Source: Cyanophora paradoxa CCMP329 (Eukaryota; Plantae; Glaucophyta). From it: a stretch of DNA of 64,000 bases. Every line of letters starts with the position of its first letter. Within the stretch, counting starts at the first letter, position 1. Made by a program: the position numbers and the translations under genes. The stretch covers positions 68,174 through 132,173 of the forward strand of contig QPMI01000175.1 of NCBI GenBank assembly GCA_004431415.1. The letters run 5' to 3'. The notes beneath the pieces were generated by a model. It made no database searches. It was given only the letters and a program-made list of their open reading frames with translations, and had not been told where the DNA came from. Below, piece by piece: positions 35,232-48,531 of the stretch.

Positions 35232-38200
35232 ATGGCCCATGGGTTCCTGCGCAGGCTCGCTGTCAGGACGATGAGCGGAACCAGAGAGCCCGAAGATATC
35301 GATGTTCATGCATATGATCAAGTGCCCGCGACCGAAAGCACGGGTGCGGCTGGACCGTCCGCCGCCGCCATCGATATCGCCAACGCAAACGAGTACGGTA
35401 CGTCTCACCTTACGTCGGAGAATCCGAATTCGAAGCGTCTCGAACGCGGGCTGCCCCCTTGAGCTCGCCTGCATCTGCAGCAACCGCGGACGTCGACGTC
35501 GACCCCGCGCGCGCCGGCGTCGATCTCCGGCTCCTGCTTCACGATCAGAAGCCGCAGCAGCGCGGTCTAGATCTGCGGCCGCTTGGCGAAGGTCCGCTAC
35601 TTTCCTGCAACTTGGCATTTGCAACCGGGCTCCCTCCGGACCCATTTGCAAGCCGACGTGTTGCACGCGCAGGCCTAGGGCCCTTCGACGTCGGCGGCGT
35701 CCACCCCTCTTTCTTTTCGCCCCCTCTCGGCGAGCTGGGCGGGCCGTTCCACCGTCGCGAGGCGCCTCCGATGGCCCCGCTGGCCATGGCCCCTGCGGCT
35801 GCCCCCGAAACACCAACGAGCTCGAGAAAGGCGCCGGCCGCCGCCGGCGCCGCCGCTGCGGCCGGCGCCGCGGCGCATGCACAGCAGCACGCGGTCCCGT
35901 GGGCGCTGGGGGACCACGCCACCGCGCTGGGCTTGCAATTGGGCAGCGCCGGCGTCCGCCCCGCGGTCGGCCCCGCCTCGCCCCTGGATCTCGCGGTGGG
36001 ACATGGACACCCCGGGGCGCCTTCGGCCCCCGTTGGGCGACCTGGCCGCGGTAAACGCGCAGGCGCACCTCCATGCGCACGCACAGGCGGCGGCGGCCGC
36101 GGCTGCCGCCGCCGCTGCCGGCGTGCAGGTACCGCCGGCCCTCCTCTCGCTTCTCGCGGAGTGGGGTCGCGCCCACGGCCTGCCGCCGGCGGTCGCCGGG
36201 GCGCCCCATGGCCAGGGCCCGGCCGCGGGCCTGCAGTTGCTCCAAGGGTCTTTCTGGGGCGCCGCGCCCGCCCCCGCGCCCGGCGGCGTCTCCATCCCCG
36301 TGCCCATCCCCGTGCCCATCCCCGTCCCGGTCCCCGCGATCGCGACGCGGAGGTCCTCCTCGTGGCCGAGCATGGCGCTCTCGCTCCCCACCTCCGCCCT
36401 CTCCCCGACCGCCTCCAACTTCCGCAACCGGCCCCCCGACACCGGCCTCCTCCGCCCCCTCGTCGTCATCAAGACCGATTTCGAGCCCGTGCTCGAGCCG
36501 CCGCCGCCGCCGCCGCAGCAGCAGCAGCAGCAGCACGCCGCCCCCGGGCGCGGCTACGAGCGCCGCACGTCGGGGTCGCCGGGCTCTGGCTCGGGCGCCA
36601 CGACCACCGCCTCGTCCAGCCCGTACAGCCGCGGCGCCGGCGGCCGCCGCTCCGTCGGCGCCCGCTCGCCGCCCGCCGGCTCGGGCACCGGCGCCTCCTC
36701 CTCGTCGCGGGCCTCCCCGGGCCCCTCCCCCGTCCGCGCCACCTCCTTCGCGGCCCCTTCACTCCTGACTCAAAACTTGGACTCTTTCTGGGCAGATGAG
36801 CCTGCCGAGCTCGACGCAGAGCCTCGGGGGCACCAGCGCGCCGTCCAGATCGCCGCCGGCGCCGGAGCCGGCGCCGGGGCCGGGGCCGGGGGTGCCACCG
36901 GCCCTCGCCTCCCTCACCCGCGAGTCCCTCTTCCCTTACTACCACAGACCCATGGAAGAGGTGACCTTACCGGCGCCGCGACGCCGACCGCGAGCCATTT
37001 CTTTACATATGCATCTCTTTCTCTATCCCGTTTCTTTTAGAGCCACTCGCCGTAGATCTAGATTAAACTGCAGATAAATGGAGTGCCCCTTTCTCGCGCA
37101 TTGCGCCGCGCCTCTCTCGACCGCGAGCCCGTCCAATTTCTTTTGCAGGTGGCGAAAGAGATGGGGGTGTGCCGGACCATGCTGAAGAAGCAGTGCCGCG
37201 CCCTCGGGATCCTCCGCTGGCCCTCCCGAAAGGTGCCCCCGCCCCCGCTTCCTTTTTGGCCTCCTCCCCTCCTTTTGCCGAGGCGGGGGGGCCGCCCGCG
37301 CGATCGCCGCAGATCCAGAGCCTGCGGAGGTGGGACGAGCAGGCGCGGATCGTCCTGGAGAGCGGGCTCGCGGGGTTCGACCACCGCGAGATCGCGAGGC
37401 TGCGCGCCCAGCTCCGGTGCGGCCGCGCTGCTGCGCATGCTGTACATGTCGCGATGATCGCGGCGAGCGCCCCCGGCGGCCGTTCCCTCTAACACCGGTA
37501 CCCCGCCGCCCCTTCGCGTCCATCCCGCAGGAGCAAGATCGACGCCATGCGCTCGGACCCCGACGTCTGCAGTGCGCGCCTGTTGCTAGCGCTCTCCCGC
37601 CGCTTTCGCGGTGCTCATCTAGATCTCGCGATCGATCGCGACGGGCGCCGTCTCTGCAGTCCGGCAGGTGATCATCGGGATGCGGCGGCAGCTGAGCGAC
37701 CCGATCCGGTTGAAGACGGTCGACGTCGCGCACCCCCTCTGCGTCGAGGTGCGCCCCCTCGCCCTAGACCTGCTCCGAGCAAGCTCGCCTGGGGGCCATG
37801 GCCACTGGAGCTGAGGACTCTCCCCCCGGCCCGCCCCCCCTCGGCGCAGCTGGCGGCGCACCTGCGAAGCATCCGGCCGAACCAGAGCCAGCGGCGGCGG
37901 CAGCGCACCGACTCCACCGAGTCAGCCGTCTCCTCCGCCTGCGCCACCCCGCTGCCGGGCCCGAGGTGCGCTATTTTAGCGCAGCTGCAACCGGTACCAC
38001 ACAACAGCTGCGCCGCGCAACTGATCGACGGCGGCGCAGCGGGGTGGGCGGCGGGGGCGCCGACTTCGGCCCCGATCGCGACATGGACGTCGACTGGGAC
38101 GCGGTCGGGTACGGCGACTTCGACGGGGCGGAGGGGGCGGACGCGTTCGAGGACGGGGTACGGCGCTTCCAATGCCGGCCGGCGACGTTAGCTCCCGCGC

Positions 38201-38741
38201 TGAGGTGGGGTCGTTAACGTTTCTGCAGGACACTTTCGAGGGGGAGCCGGGGGAGGAGCGCGAGGGGCTCGGGTCCTCGGGCGGGCGGCTGGTGCGTCCG
38301 CGCCCCGGGCCCTTCGACTCGTCTGAGTTCCTTACGCTCGCGCCCCCGGCCCGCATGCGCATGCGCAGCGGCAGCGGCGCCGCTCCAGCGGGAGCGCCGC
38401 TCGCGGCTCGGGCACCGGTCCGAGCGCGCCCGCCTTCGAATTCCCCCGGCCCGGCCATCCCCGCTGATCATGCGCGGCCTGGCCATGGCCGTGGCCGGCG
38501 CGCAGAGGCGGACGGCGAAGTCGACGTGCCGCGCGCCGTGAATTCGAAGGCGGGGCCGCGCCCTGCGGCCGCCCCTCCGGACCCGCCGTGGGACCTGCAG
38601 GAAGAGCTCGAGGCGCCGCCCTCTGGTGCGACCCGGGGCCACGGCGGCCCCGCACGCGCACCCAAACACGCGCACGAATTCGATCGCGAACCGCAAGCAC
38701 GAGATCGATGCCCCTCTCGCGATCATCGCGATCAAGCTTAA
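35232..38741 (+). CDS. RWP-RK domain transcription factor (multi-exon; ends approximate)
   Basis: Spliced domain LTRESLFPYYHRPMEE / VAKEMGVCRTMLKKQCRALGILRWPSRK / IQSLRRW at ~36910-37340, with GT-AG introns and low-complexity Ala/Pro/Gln flanks. Confidence 0.85.
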
Positions 38742-39657
38742 GCGTGATCACGTCAGGCCCAGGGGCCGCGATCGCGACCCGCCGCCGCCGCCGAGCCGGC
38801 TGGGATCATCGGATATGATTTACGTCCTTCGAATTCCTTCCTTCATTTTATTCCGTTCTTTTCCCGTTCCTTCCTTTGTATAGCGCGATTATATTTGGTA
38901 CGAGTCGTTTTTAAAACTGCGAGTGGTTTTCTGTATACGTACGATAGTTCTAGTTGTAGATTTCAAGAGCGGTCGACGTCGACGTCTATTATCTTCACGC
39001 CTCCGAAGTACACGCTTGAGCTCCCTCCGTGTACATTCAATATTAATTTCCGGATTCGCTTGTTTTTCGCCCTCCCAATTGCAAGCAGAACAAGTTTTAT
39101 CAAGTCATATGCATTTAGTTTCGATCGATATCATTGCCGTGCAGCCCCAGACCGCACTTGAATATGGTGATTCAAGTATAGTGCTAACTTGCAGACCATA
39201 TGCATGATCTGTATACAATTCGCAAGAAAGTTTCATGGAGCCCTAGGCCTATATATAGGTAGGCCCTCCTGATCAATCTGCGCACTTCGAATTCTTTTGC
39301 TTGACGTCTATATTGAACCTCCAGTTATGATTACGTGTAGGTTTTAATTTCGTAAACGAGTACTGGTACCGGTACTACGGTAGACTGAATGATGCCGCCG
39401 TAGACAGTTCTTTGATCGGCTTTTCGCAACCATATAAATGCATCCGATCGTCACTGAGTGAGCTTCCAATTGCAAGCTTAAGCTAGTCGAATATTTCTCT
39501 ATTATTGCAGATACCAGTAAGAACTTCAGTTCGAACCCGAGCCAAGCGCCAAGACGTTGAATCGATTTTGCGATATACTCGAATTCACGATCGATTGGTG
39601 TTGCGATCTCAAGACTTATCGCTTATAATTACAAATTGGCTGCAGCGCTAGCTTTGT

Positions 39658-42600
39658 CTAATGATGATGATTCCTCGCAGGCGCTGCGCAGGCGCAGGGG
39701 CCGCTAGTCCTCGGGGCCCGCAAAGGCGGCCACGAACTCGAGGAGCCCGACGTCTGCGGAGGAGTCGACGTCGCGAGACGTCGGTGAGCTCGAGATGGAG
39801 GGCCGACGCGACATCGATATCGGTAGCGATCTAGCTCCGGATCCCGCGCGCGAGGCCGGGGCCGGGGCGGGGCCGAGCGTGCGCGCGGGGGGCCGGGGCG
39901 GACCCTCGAGGCCGAAGGGGAGGGGCCGGACGGCGAGCCCCCGGGGGGAGCCCGACTCGGACTTGGCGTCGCACTCCGCGCAGACGGCCGCGCAGCAGAC
40001 CGCCGCCTCGGGCGGCAGCAGCGCCCGCCAGAGGGCCCGCGCGGGGCGCCCGGCCGGGCGAGCCGCCGCACGGCCGCCGCCGCCCGCGCCTTGAGGCCCG
40101 GCAGCAGCACCGCCTCCGCCTGGGGCGAGGGAGGGAGAGGGTCGGCGGGGGCCGGGGTCCCCCCGCGCAGGGCCCGGCCGCCCCGGCCCCGGGGCCTCCG
40201 CGCACCAGCGGGACGACCGAGGCGATCGCCACGGCCTCCGCGAGGCACGGGCGGCCGCGGGCGAGGAGGACGGCCTGCGGGGCGCCCTCGAATCGAATCG
40301 CGGCGGGACGAGCAGGGCGGGCGGGCGGGCGGACGGCGTGGGCGGGGAGGCGGCCCCCCGGCGCGGGGCACGACCGAGGCGATCGCCACGGCCGCTGCGC
40401 CGCGATCGTCCGCGCCGCCGGCGGACTCCGGCTCCACGCGGTCCTACTCCGGATCCGGAGCCGTGAGCTCGAGGGCGCCCGGGCACGCGCAGGGCGCACG
40501 GTGTAGAGGTAGCGGAGGAGGACGCCGGCGGGGGCGCGGGTCCAGTTGCGGAGGGCGACGCGCCCCGTCGCCGCCTCCCGCGTGCCCCCGCGCAGCGCCG
40601 CCCGGAAGAACGCGCCCCGCGCCGCCAGCACCGCCTGGCGCGCGCGGCGTGAGAGGGACGCCGGCGGCGCCGAAGCAATGGGGACGCACGCGGTGCGCGG
40701 GGATCTCGGCGCCGTCGCCGGTGCAGACGAGCGTCGCGTCTGGACCCGCCGCGGGGGTGAGGCGGAGGAGGCCTGCGCAGGGCGGGGGCCGGGGCCGCGG
40801 GCGGGGCACCGAAGGGGAGCGGGGGCGGGGCGGAGAGCAGGCGGGCGAGGCCGGGGCCGGGGTCCGGACCCAGAGCCTCCCCAGAGCACCGGCAGCGGCC
40901 TGCGGACGTCACGTGGCGCCGGTCGGGGCGGGCGGCCGCGGGCGGGCGGGAGGGCGGGCGGGCGCACTCAGCCGGAGGAGGGCCTCGTGGGCCGCCTCGA
41001 GGGCGGGCGCATCTCCGTCTGCCCCCGACTCCGCGCGGCGCCCGTACAGGAGCGAGAGCGCCGCCTCGAGCTCCGCCGGAGAGAGGTCGACGGGGATGGC
41101 GGGGAGGGCGGCGGCGGCGCTGGCGGCGGCGGCGGCCGCCTCCGCGAGCGCCCCGGCGAGGCACGGGCAGCCGCGGGCGAGGAGGACGGCCTGCGGGGCG
41201 CCCTCGGATCGAATCGCGGCGGGACGAGCAGGGCGGGTGGGCGGGCGGACGGCGTGGGCGCGGGAGGCGGGCCCGCCGGCGCGGGGGACGAGGAGGAGGT
41301 CGGAGCCCTCGGCGCGGGCCGCCCACAGGTCCCCCGAGAGCGTGTCCGGGCCCTCCAGCGCCGGCCCTGCGGAACGCACGCGTTGGCGGGGCGGGAAGCT
41401 TAAGGGCGGGGCGGATGCGGATCCGGGTGCGGACCGAGGTCGTAGATGTGGCGGGAGTCGCGGGGGCGGCCGCGGGCGCAGCCGCCGAGGGCGAGGAGCG
41501 AGTTGCGGAGGAGGGCGACGGAGGCCCCGAAGAGGGCGGGCAGGCGCGGCGCCGGCGCCACCGGCGCCCACGCCATCGTCTCTGCCGGCGAGGTTGGATC
41601 GGAGGGGCGGCGCCATGGCCGCGGCCCCGGCCGTGGGATCAAATTCCAAGCTTAAGCGGGCGCGCGGGCACCGAGATCGAGCAGGAAGGCGTCGGGGGCG
41701 GGGCCGGCGCGGCCGTGCCCGCCCGCCACAAGCAGGCACGAGCCCACGACGGCCGCGTGGTGGTCGGCCCTGGGCGACGGCCCCGCCCCGCGCGTCTCCA
41801 CCTGCCGCCAGCGCGCCTCCTCTGCAGCGCGCGAGAGTAAGGAAGTAAGAGAGAAAGAAAGGAAGAGGGGGCGGGGAGGGGACCGGAGGCGAGGTCGAGG
41901 ACGAGGAGGTCGTCGAGGTAGACGCCGCGCTCCGCGAGGCCGCCGAAGACCAGCACGCAGTGCCCCAGGGCGACGGCGCTGTGCCCGCGCCGCCCCGCCG
42001 GCGCGTGCCCCCGCACCGCCGGCTCCATCCACTCGCTCCCGCCCTCCACGTCTGCCCGCCCGGTCCGACGCGCTGATCATGAGCCGGGCCAGCCCGGCCG
42101 GGCGGAGCCGTGGCGGCGGTAGCGACAGAAGCTGAAGCGCGGACCGACGTGGAGGCAGTGCACGTCGCAGAGGAGGGGCGGGGCGCCTGCCGCCGGAGGA
42201 CGCGGCCGCGGGGATGCGGCGGCCGCGGCCGCGGGGCCCTGGCCGGCGGCCGGCTCGGCCTCGAGCCTCGCCCCGCCGACCACCACCATGAGATCCCCGA
42301 CCATGACAGACGCGTGCCTGCCGCACGCGCTTCGAATTCAGCTCGGGCCCGACAAGGAAGGAGGATCCCGCGGCCGGCGGCACCGGCGCACCCCGCGCGA
42401 GGGCTCGGGGCGGAAAGGGAAGGAAGGCAAGGAAGCGCCTCGACAATCCAGCTGTCTGCGAACCCAAACAAGTGACGCCCAGCTCGAAAAGAAGGAAAGC
42501 CCGGTTGACGAGCGCGCGCTGCCGCAGTGCGAGGGCGGAGCAATATATATAGATATAGAGGTAAAACGCGCTGGGGAGCCTCGGGCACCGCAGTCGATGC

Positions 42601-43019
42601 GGAACACTGCCGTCGAGGAGCTGCCGCCAAAAACGAGAGCGCCGACGTGGCTGGAGACGACGGAGGCACCGCGCGACGCTGCGAGCGTCGCGGCGCGTAC
42701 GGCTGGCGCCTCTCCGCGCAGCTCGACGGTCTCGATATCGATCTCGTTGCCTGGAATCGAAACCATGCTAAAAGGCCCTCGAAGACAAAGGAATCGAACG
42801 CCGTACCTTTGACTCGCGCTAGGTCAACCGAGGCGGCAGAATTCGAGCCGCCGAGGAGCAGCATCCGATCGCGTGCTATGAGCGTCGCGCTCGCCGCGAA
42901 CGAGCGCGCCATTCTTCTTGAAACCGCACTTGAACTTGAAAGCGAACGAAGCCGGGGGATACTGCAATATCGCACAGCAGCCGGCGGCGGCGTGGTCGCC
43001 GCGCCCGCCGCCTCGCCAT
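39658..43019 (-). CDS. Kelch-repeat plus BTB/POZ domain protein (LZTR1-like architecture; multi-exon; ends approximate)
   Basis: Kelch repeats GHAPAGRRGHSAVALGHCVLVFGG and PSPRADHHAAVVGSCLLVAGG. BTB-like DATLVCTGDGAEIPAHR / AVLAARGAFFRAALRGGTRE...LLRYLYT. Confidence 0.8.
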
Positions 43020-43383
43020 GAAGATCGTCCTTAATGCGGGGCCGCCGAAGCCCGCCGCCGTGCCGGCGCCTCCCGCGCGGAGGGTGCGTTACCCGAAGCT
43101 CCACACGCCTGAGGTCGCTAGCTCCGGGCCGCCATGCATCGACCAAGAGCGTTTAGAGGCAAGCTAGAGCGTGCAATGTCACCCGCGCGGCCCACGCGAC
43201 CTTCTGGCCAACCCAATCGACAATTTTGACAAGAGGCGCCCAGCACGCTGCGTGCGGGGATCGGCGGGTTGCCAGTTGCCACGCAAGATCCCTAGTCTCA
43301 GCTTGGCTCCTCGTTCTCGGCGGCGGCTAGCGGCCTAACCGCGCGCAGTAGCCAGCGGCTGCGGTCATGCGCGCTGACCGCTG

Positions 43384-45693
43384 ATGCGCAGGCGCGGCCA
43401 GCGAGCGCCGGCGTCGCGGCAGGCCCTTCTTCCCCCAAGCCGGCAACGGCTGCGGAGGCGGCGAAGAAAGCGGACAGCGGGACGTTCAGGGGCGCGAGCC
43501 CTCGCAGCGCCTCCCCGGCGGCCGGCGTCGCGCCGGCGCCCCGCGCCCCGGCGTTCGTGCCCCTCCTGGAGCCGAAGAACAAGGGCTCCGTCAAGGCGAG
43601 CTTGGGGCGAGCTTGGGGGATGCCCCGAGCCGTCGCCCGCCCCGCGCCCCCGCATCGCGCCCCCTCTGATCGCGCCGCGCGCCCGCGCAGGTTCTCTTGA
43701 GCAACGGCGGGCTGGAGCGTGCGGAGATCAACAAGAGCCAGGCGAGAGGGGCCCGGCGCCGGCGCGGGCGGCGCGGACCCCCGCCGCGGGCCGCGGGCCG
43801 CGGGCAGCCGCTGCCGCAGTGCCGGACTGACGCCGCGCGCCCCGCCCCCCGCAGATCATCCAGGAGCTCCGGAAGCAGGTGAACCTGCGCAACATCGGAC
43901 AGTTCAAGCGCATCTTCATGGGCCTCTCCTGCGTGCGTCAGCGCCCCGTACCCCCGCGCTCGGCCCCCCCCCCCCCCCCCCCCCCCCCCCAACCCCCAAC
44001 CCCAAGTAAACCTCCGGTGCGCAGGGTACGGGGACGTGCCCGAAGGAAGACTTCATCGAAGCTCTGGTCCAGTTCGGAGTCAGCGATCGCGCTCTGGTGA
44101 ACCCGCCCGCTGGCGGGGGTATCCCCAATCGAGCTTACTGGGGGGTGCGAAGTGCTACCGGCTGTTCAAGCTCTTTGATACAAACGGGTCGGGGGACATC
44201 GATTTCGCCGAGGTGCGCGAGCCCCATCGATATCGCAATGTGCCCCCCCCCTCCCGACCCACGCGCTCAGTTCGAGCTCGGAATCGCGCGTACCCTCTGC
44301 GAGCCCTTGGACAGAGTGCTGTTCGGTAACTCTGCCGCCCCCCCGCCGCAAGCTCGCCCTTCCCGTCGAAGAGTGCCGTACCCCCAGAGTACTTCAACGA
44401 CAGGGGCTTGCCCAGCAGAGTCTCCGTGCAGGTGCACCGGGGGCCTTTCCCCTCGCCGGCGCCCTCTTTGCCGGTACCCCTCCTTCTGACGGGTACGCCC
44501 GCAGGAGATCTACAGGATGCTTCTCGACGGCTCCGCCCGCCGCGCCCGCCTCAACCGCGCCGATCTCGACCTTCCGAATGTGTGTACCCCTCGGAAATCC
44601 TGTACCCGTCTCGCTGAGCTCGGTGGTCCCCGCAGGGACAGGGGGCGGCCGGCCCCTCCCAGACGCCGGCGGCCACGCAGCGCGTCCGGATCGAGTCCTT
44701 CAACGGCGTACCCCCGCCCCCCTCGCGCCCCTCGTCCATGCTCCGGCTCCCCACCCAGCCCGCGGCCCAGCGGGCGCCGGGCCCCAAGCCCCTCCCGACG
44801 GCCCGCCCCCCGGCCATCAAGGGCCGCAGCCCGCTCGCGCGGCTCAGGATACGGGTTCGGATCCTCGAGGACCCCCCTTTCCTCCCCGAGCCGCTGACCC
44901 CGGGCGCAGGCCGCGTTCTGGGCGGTGTACGTGCTGAAGGCGTGCGGGGACCGGCAGGGCCGCCTCTCCCGCGACGCGATCGTCATCCGGGCCGTGCGCG
45001 CCGCCCCCGTACCCCCCGCCCCCCCCCCGACCCGCCCGTCGTCCTCACCGTGCCCCCCCGCGCAGGTGGGCGACCGCGTGCTCCGGTTCGTCTTCAAGAA
45101 GGGTATGGGGTGGGAGGTCGACGGCGTCCTGGGAGGGGTACACCCCTCCATTCAGCCCGCCAAACGTTCGCGAGGCTGAGTACCCCCCCCCCCTCCCCCA
45201 GGGCCAGTTGAAGATGGGGGCGGTGGAGGACGAAGAGGACGGCGCCGGGGCCGGCGGCGCGCCTTTCTTCCACGCGCCCCTCCAACTCACCCGCCGCCCC
45301 ATGAGCCTCCGCAAGCCCTCCTGGGGTACCCTCTCCTCGTTTGGCCCCGCCCCCCCCGTCGACCACTCGGCCCGCTCCGGCGGGGTACCCGTCTTCGCCC
45401 TCGCCCGGGGGGACGCCTCGCTCCCCCGGGCCGCCTCCTCCCCCCAGCTGCTGCCCCCCGGCCCCCTCTCCTCCTCCCCCTCTCCCCGGTCGCCGGCGGC
45501 GAGCGCGCGGCAGCCGGCCGCGCTGCGCTCCTCGCGCCTCGCCGCCTCCTCGCTCTCCCTCTCCCTCTCGGCCAGCTCCTCCTTCTCCGCCTCCGCCTCC
45601 GCCTCGCCCTCCCTCCAGGAGCTCTTCTCCGACTACTCCATCACCGGCGCCGACCCCCGCAGGCTCCTCCGCCAGCGCCGCCCCTACCTCTAG
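43384..45693 (+). CDS. EF-hand domain protein (multi-exon; start approximate)
   Basis: CYRLFKLFDTNGSGDIDFAE at ~44152-44212 is a canonical EF loop. The Ser-rich last exon ends at TAG 45693. Confidence 0.7.
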
Positions 45694-46109
45694 CCCTCGC
45701 CCCCCGCCCGCCCCTCCGGCCCCCCGCCTCCGGCCCCCCGCCTCGGCTCTACCTCCAGCCGCCGCCAGCCGCCCCTCCCGGGCCCTCCGCCGCCTCCGAT
45801 ACCAAGCCTCTGCGAATGCGTCTCGGGGCACAGCCCCTCGATCCCAAGGGCCTAACCCCATGAGACGCTCTGATATGGCTCTGTACCTGCATCTTTCCTT
45901 TTTTCCTGGTTAGTGCTTGATGGCTACGCCTGCTAGATTGCGAAGTTACAGGCTCACAGCTAGGTTTCTTTTTGATGTTGGTTGAGCAGTATTGTCACAA
46001 TTTGCTGCTTTCATTTAGCGGGAATAGCGAAAGACGCGTTCGAATTCAACTGGCAATTTCGCTTTTTGTGTTTCTCAGTACCAGCTGATCCACGATGCTA
46101 TTTGAAATT

Positions 46110-48158
46110 TCAGATACAAGGATTCGAGCCCGCTTCTGAGGCGATAGTTACGTCGACGTCCGGGCCTCCGCCTCGCCGCCCACCCCCGGCTCCAGCATCC
46201 ATCGGAAAGGCCGGTGGCGGCCGTACCCCGGCAGCGCCTTTACCTGCGCTGCGTTCGCGTGCGGCGGCGGAGGGCGCGGGCGCGGGGCGCGGGGCACGTG
46301 CCTCGTCGTCGTAGAGGGAGGAGCGGTGGGCGCGGATGAACGGGGGCGCCGGCGCCGCCCCCTCGCCGGCGCGGCCCAGGGCCCCGAGGAGCGACGCCAG
46401 ACGCATGTACGGCAGGTCTGCTCGCGCGCGCCGCGCACGCGTCAGCGGCGCGTCGCGGAAGGAAGCAAGGGGCGGGGCGGGGGCGGGGGCGGCACCGGCG
46501 AGGGAGAGGGCGGTGAGGCGGGGGCCCAGCGCCGCCGCCTCCTCCAGCACCGCCTGCGCCCCCGCGCCGCGGCCCGGGGCGAGAGTCAAGACGAGGCGCA
46601 GTCCGAACGAGCGGGGGAGAGCGGGGCGGGGCGCGCCTGGGCGTGCCCGAGGTACTCGCTGGCGACCAGGCCCTGCAGGGAGGAGTCAGGGGGAGGGCCG
46701 CGGGCCGCGGGACGGGGCGGGAGGAGGGGGCGCGGGGCGGGCGGGCGGGCCTGCTTGGAGAAGCGGAGCTGGGCGAGCTCGAGGGCGGGGCACTCCCGCC
46801 GCACCGCCTCGCTGCACCTGCCGCCCCGCACCCGCCCCCGCCCCCGTCGCCTCCGAGGTCGGGGAGGGGGAGGGGGGGATTGTAGGAGGGCGGGGGCCCG
46901 CGGGCCCGCCGAAGGTGATGGAGTCGAGGTCGAGGGCGCGCAGGTGGCGCCCCACACGCGGCAGCCACCGCCCCGCAAGCTCCTCCGCCCTCACCTGGCC
47001 CCGCGGCTCGCCGGGGTGGCGGGAAGAGAGGGGGGTACCGGTGCACGCCGCACCGAGGCGGCCATGACGCAGATCTCGTCGACGCCGGAGGCGGGGATCG
47101 AGGCCAGCACCGGCTGCGGGGGCACAGGCACCACTGAGCTGGGACATGGAAGGGGGGGGGTACGGGGCCAGCGGACCTCGTGGAGGTCGGGGGGGAGCTC
47201 GCCGATCTCGAGGCGGTGTACCCGGAGGCCGGCGCGGCGCGTCCACGGCAGCTCGCACCTGCCCCGCCCGCCCCGCCGTCAGTCGAGGCCGGGCCGGGCC
47301 GGGCCGGGCCAGGGGCGACGGGCGCGCGCGCGCGCCGACTGACCCGGCGTAGATGCGGGCGCTCCCGAGGGCGCGGAGGCGGGGGTACGCCGACAGCAAG
47401 CGCGCCAGCGGCTGCGGCTTCGCGACGAACTGCGGGAGCGCGGAGTAAGGCGCCGGCCTGGAACGGGCGAGTGCGCATGCGGCGGGGGCGCGCATCGCAG
47501 TGGAGCTCGACGAGGCAGGGTAGGGAGGGCGCCCCGGCGAGGAGGAGGGAGTGGGGCATGGCGACGGCCAGCGCCTCGATGCGGGGGCACAGGGCCGCCA
47601 CCGCCGCCGCCTCCTCCCGCCCCACGCCCATGTCCACCTCCGCCGCCTCTGCCCGCCCGCCCGCCCGCCCGCTCGGGCCGCGCGCGGCGGGGCGCGGGGC
47701 CGCGTCGCGCGCGGAAGGCGCGCACCCGTGAGGACGTCGAGCTCGCTGGCGAAGACGCGGTAGCGGAGGCGGCGGAGCTGCGGGCCGGCGGCCGCGAGGG
47801 CGGCGCGCAGGGCCTCCACGCGGGGCCCCCGCCCGTGCACGTAGCTCGTCACCAGCAGCGAGAGGTCGAGCTCCTCGAGCTCCGCGTGCCGCGGCGCCCG
47901 CAGCGCTCTGCAGAGCGCCTCGAGCGTCGTCGCCCGCGGGACCGTCTTCAGGGACGCCTCGCAGAAGGCGGGCAGCACGATCGCCGCCACGGTGCGGTTC
48001 TGAGGAAGCGAAGGGTCCTGCGCCAGGCCATGCCACGCCCGCGAGACGCGCGCCGCTTGGGCCAAGTCGGGCTTGTGAAGGAGCGCGAAGCAGCGCAGCC
48101 CGAGCTCCGTCGGCAGCTGCGCGAAGCCTGACGCCGCATCGCATTCGACTGAACTCAT
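46110..48158 (-). CDS. F-box / LRR-like protein (multi-exon; 3' end approximate)
   Basis: F-box FAQLPTELGLRCFALLHKPDLAQAARVSRAWHGLAQDPSL followed by LRR-like LEELDLS, LCPRIEALAV, LRALDLD. Confidence 0.82.
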
Positions 48159-48531
48159 CCGTTGGCGGCGCTCGCCTGGCGGCCTTGGGGCTAAGCGGGA
48201 CTTGCGTGTGAAGGGAATTCAAGGGATCCCAGGAACGCTGCCGGACCACGCTGGCGCTGCGCCCGCACGCAGTCTTAACGCAATTGACGCAGATGGCCCA
48301 GTGGCCCACGATTGCAGAGGCGCGCAGCTGCAACGTGATGGGGCCGGCTCGTGTGAAGGGTGCCCCTACCCCCCTCGCGATTGCTCCCCTCAAGCAATTT
48401 TGGTGCGGCGCCCGCAGCGCCACTAGGGCGGTCCCAGCTGCTCGCATCCGCTCAATAGCGCTACTGAAACAGCTCAACGACACCTGAAGCGCACAGCATC
48501 GCGTCTGAGTGAACTGGACTTCAGCGTCGCG

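Noticed and set aside
43963-43990. Long poly-C tract
   Set aside because: An intronic homopolymer of unreliable length with no supporting structure.
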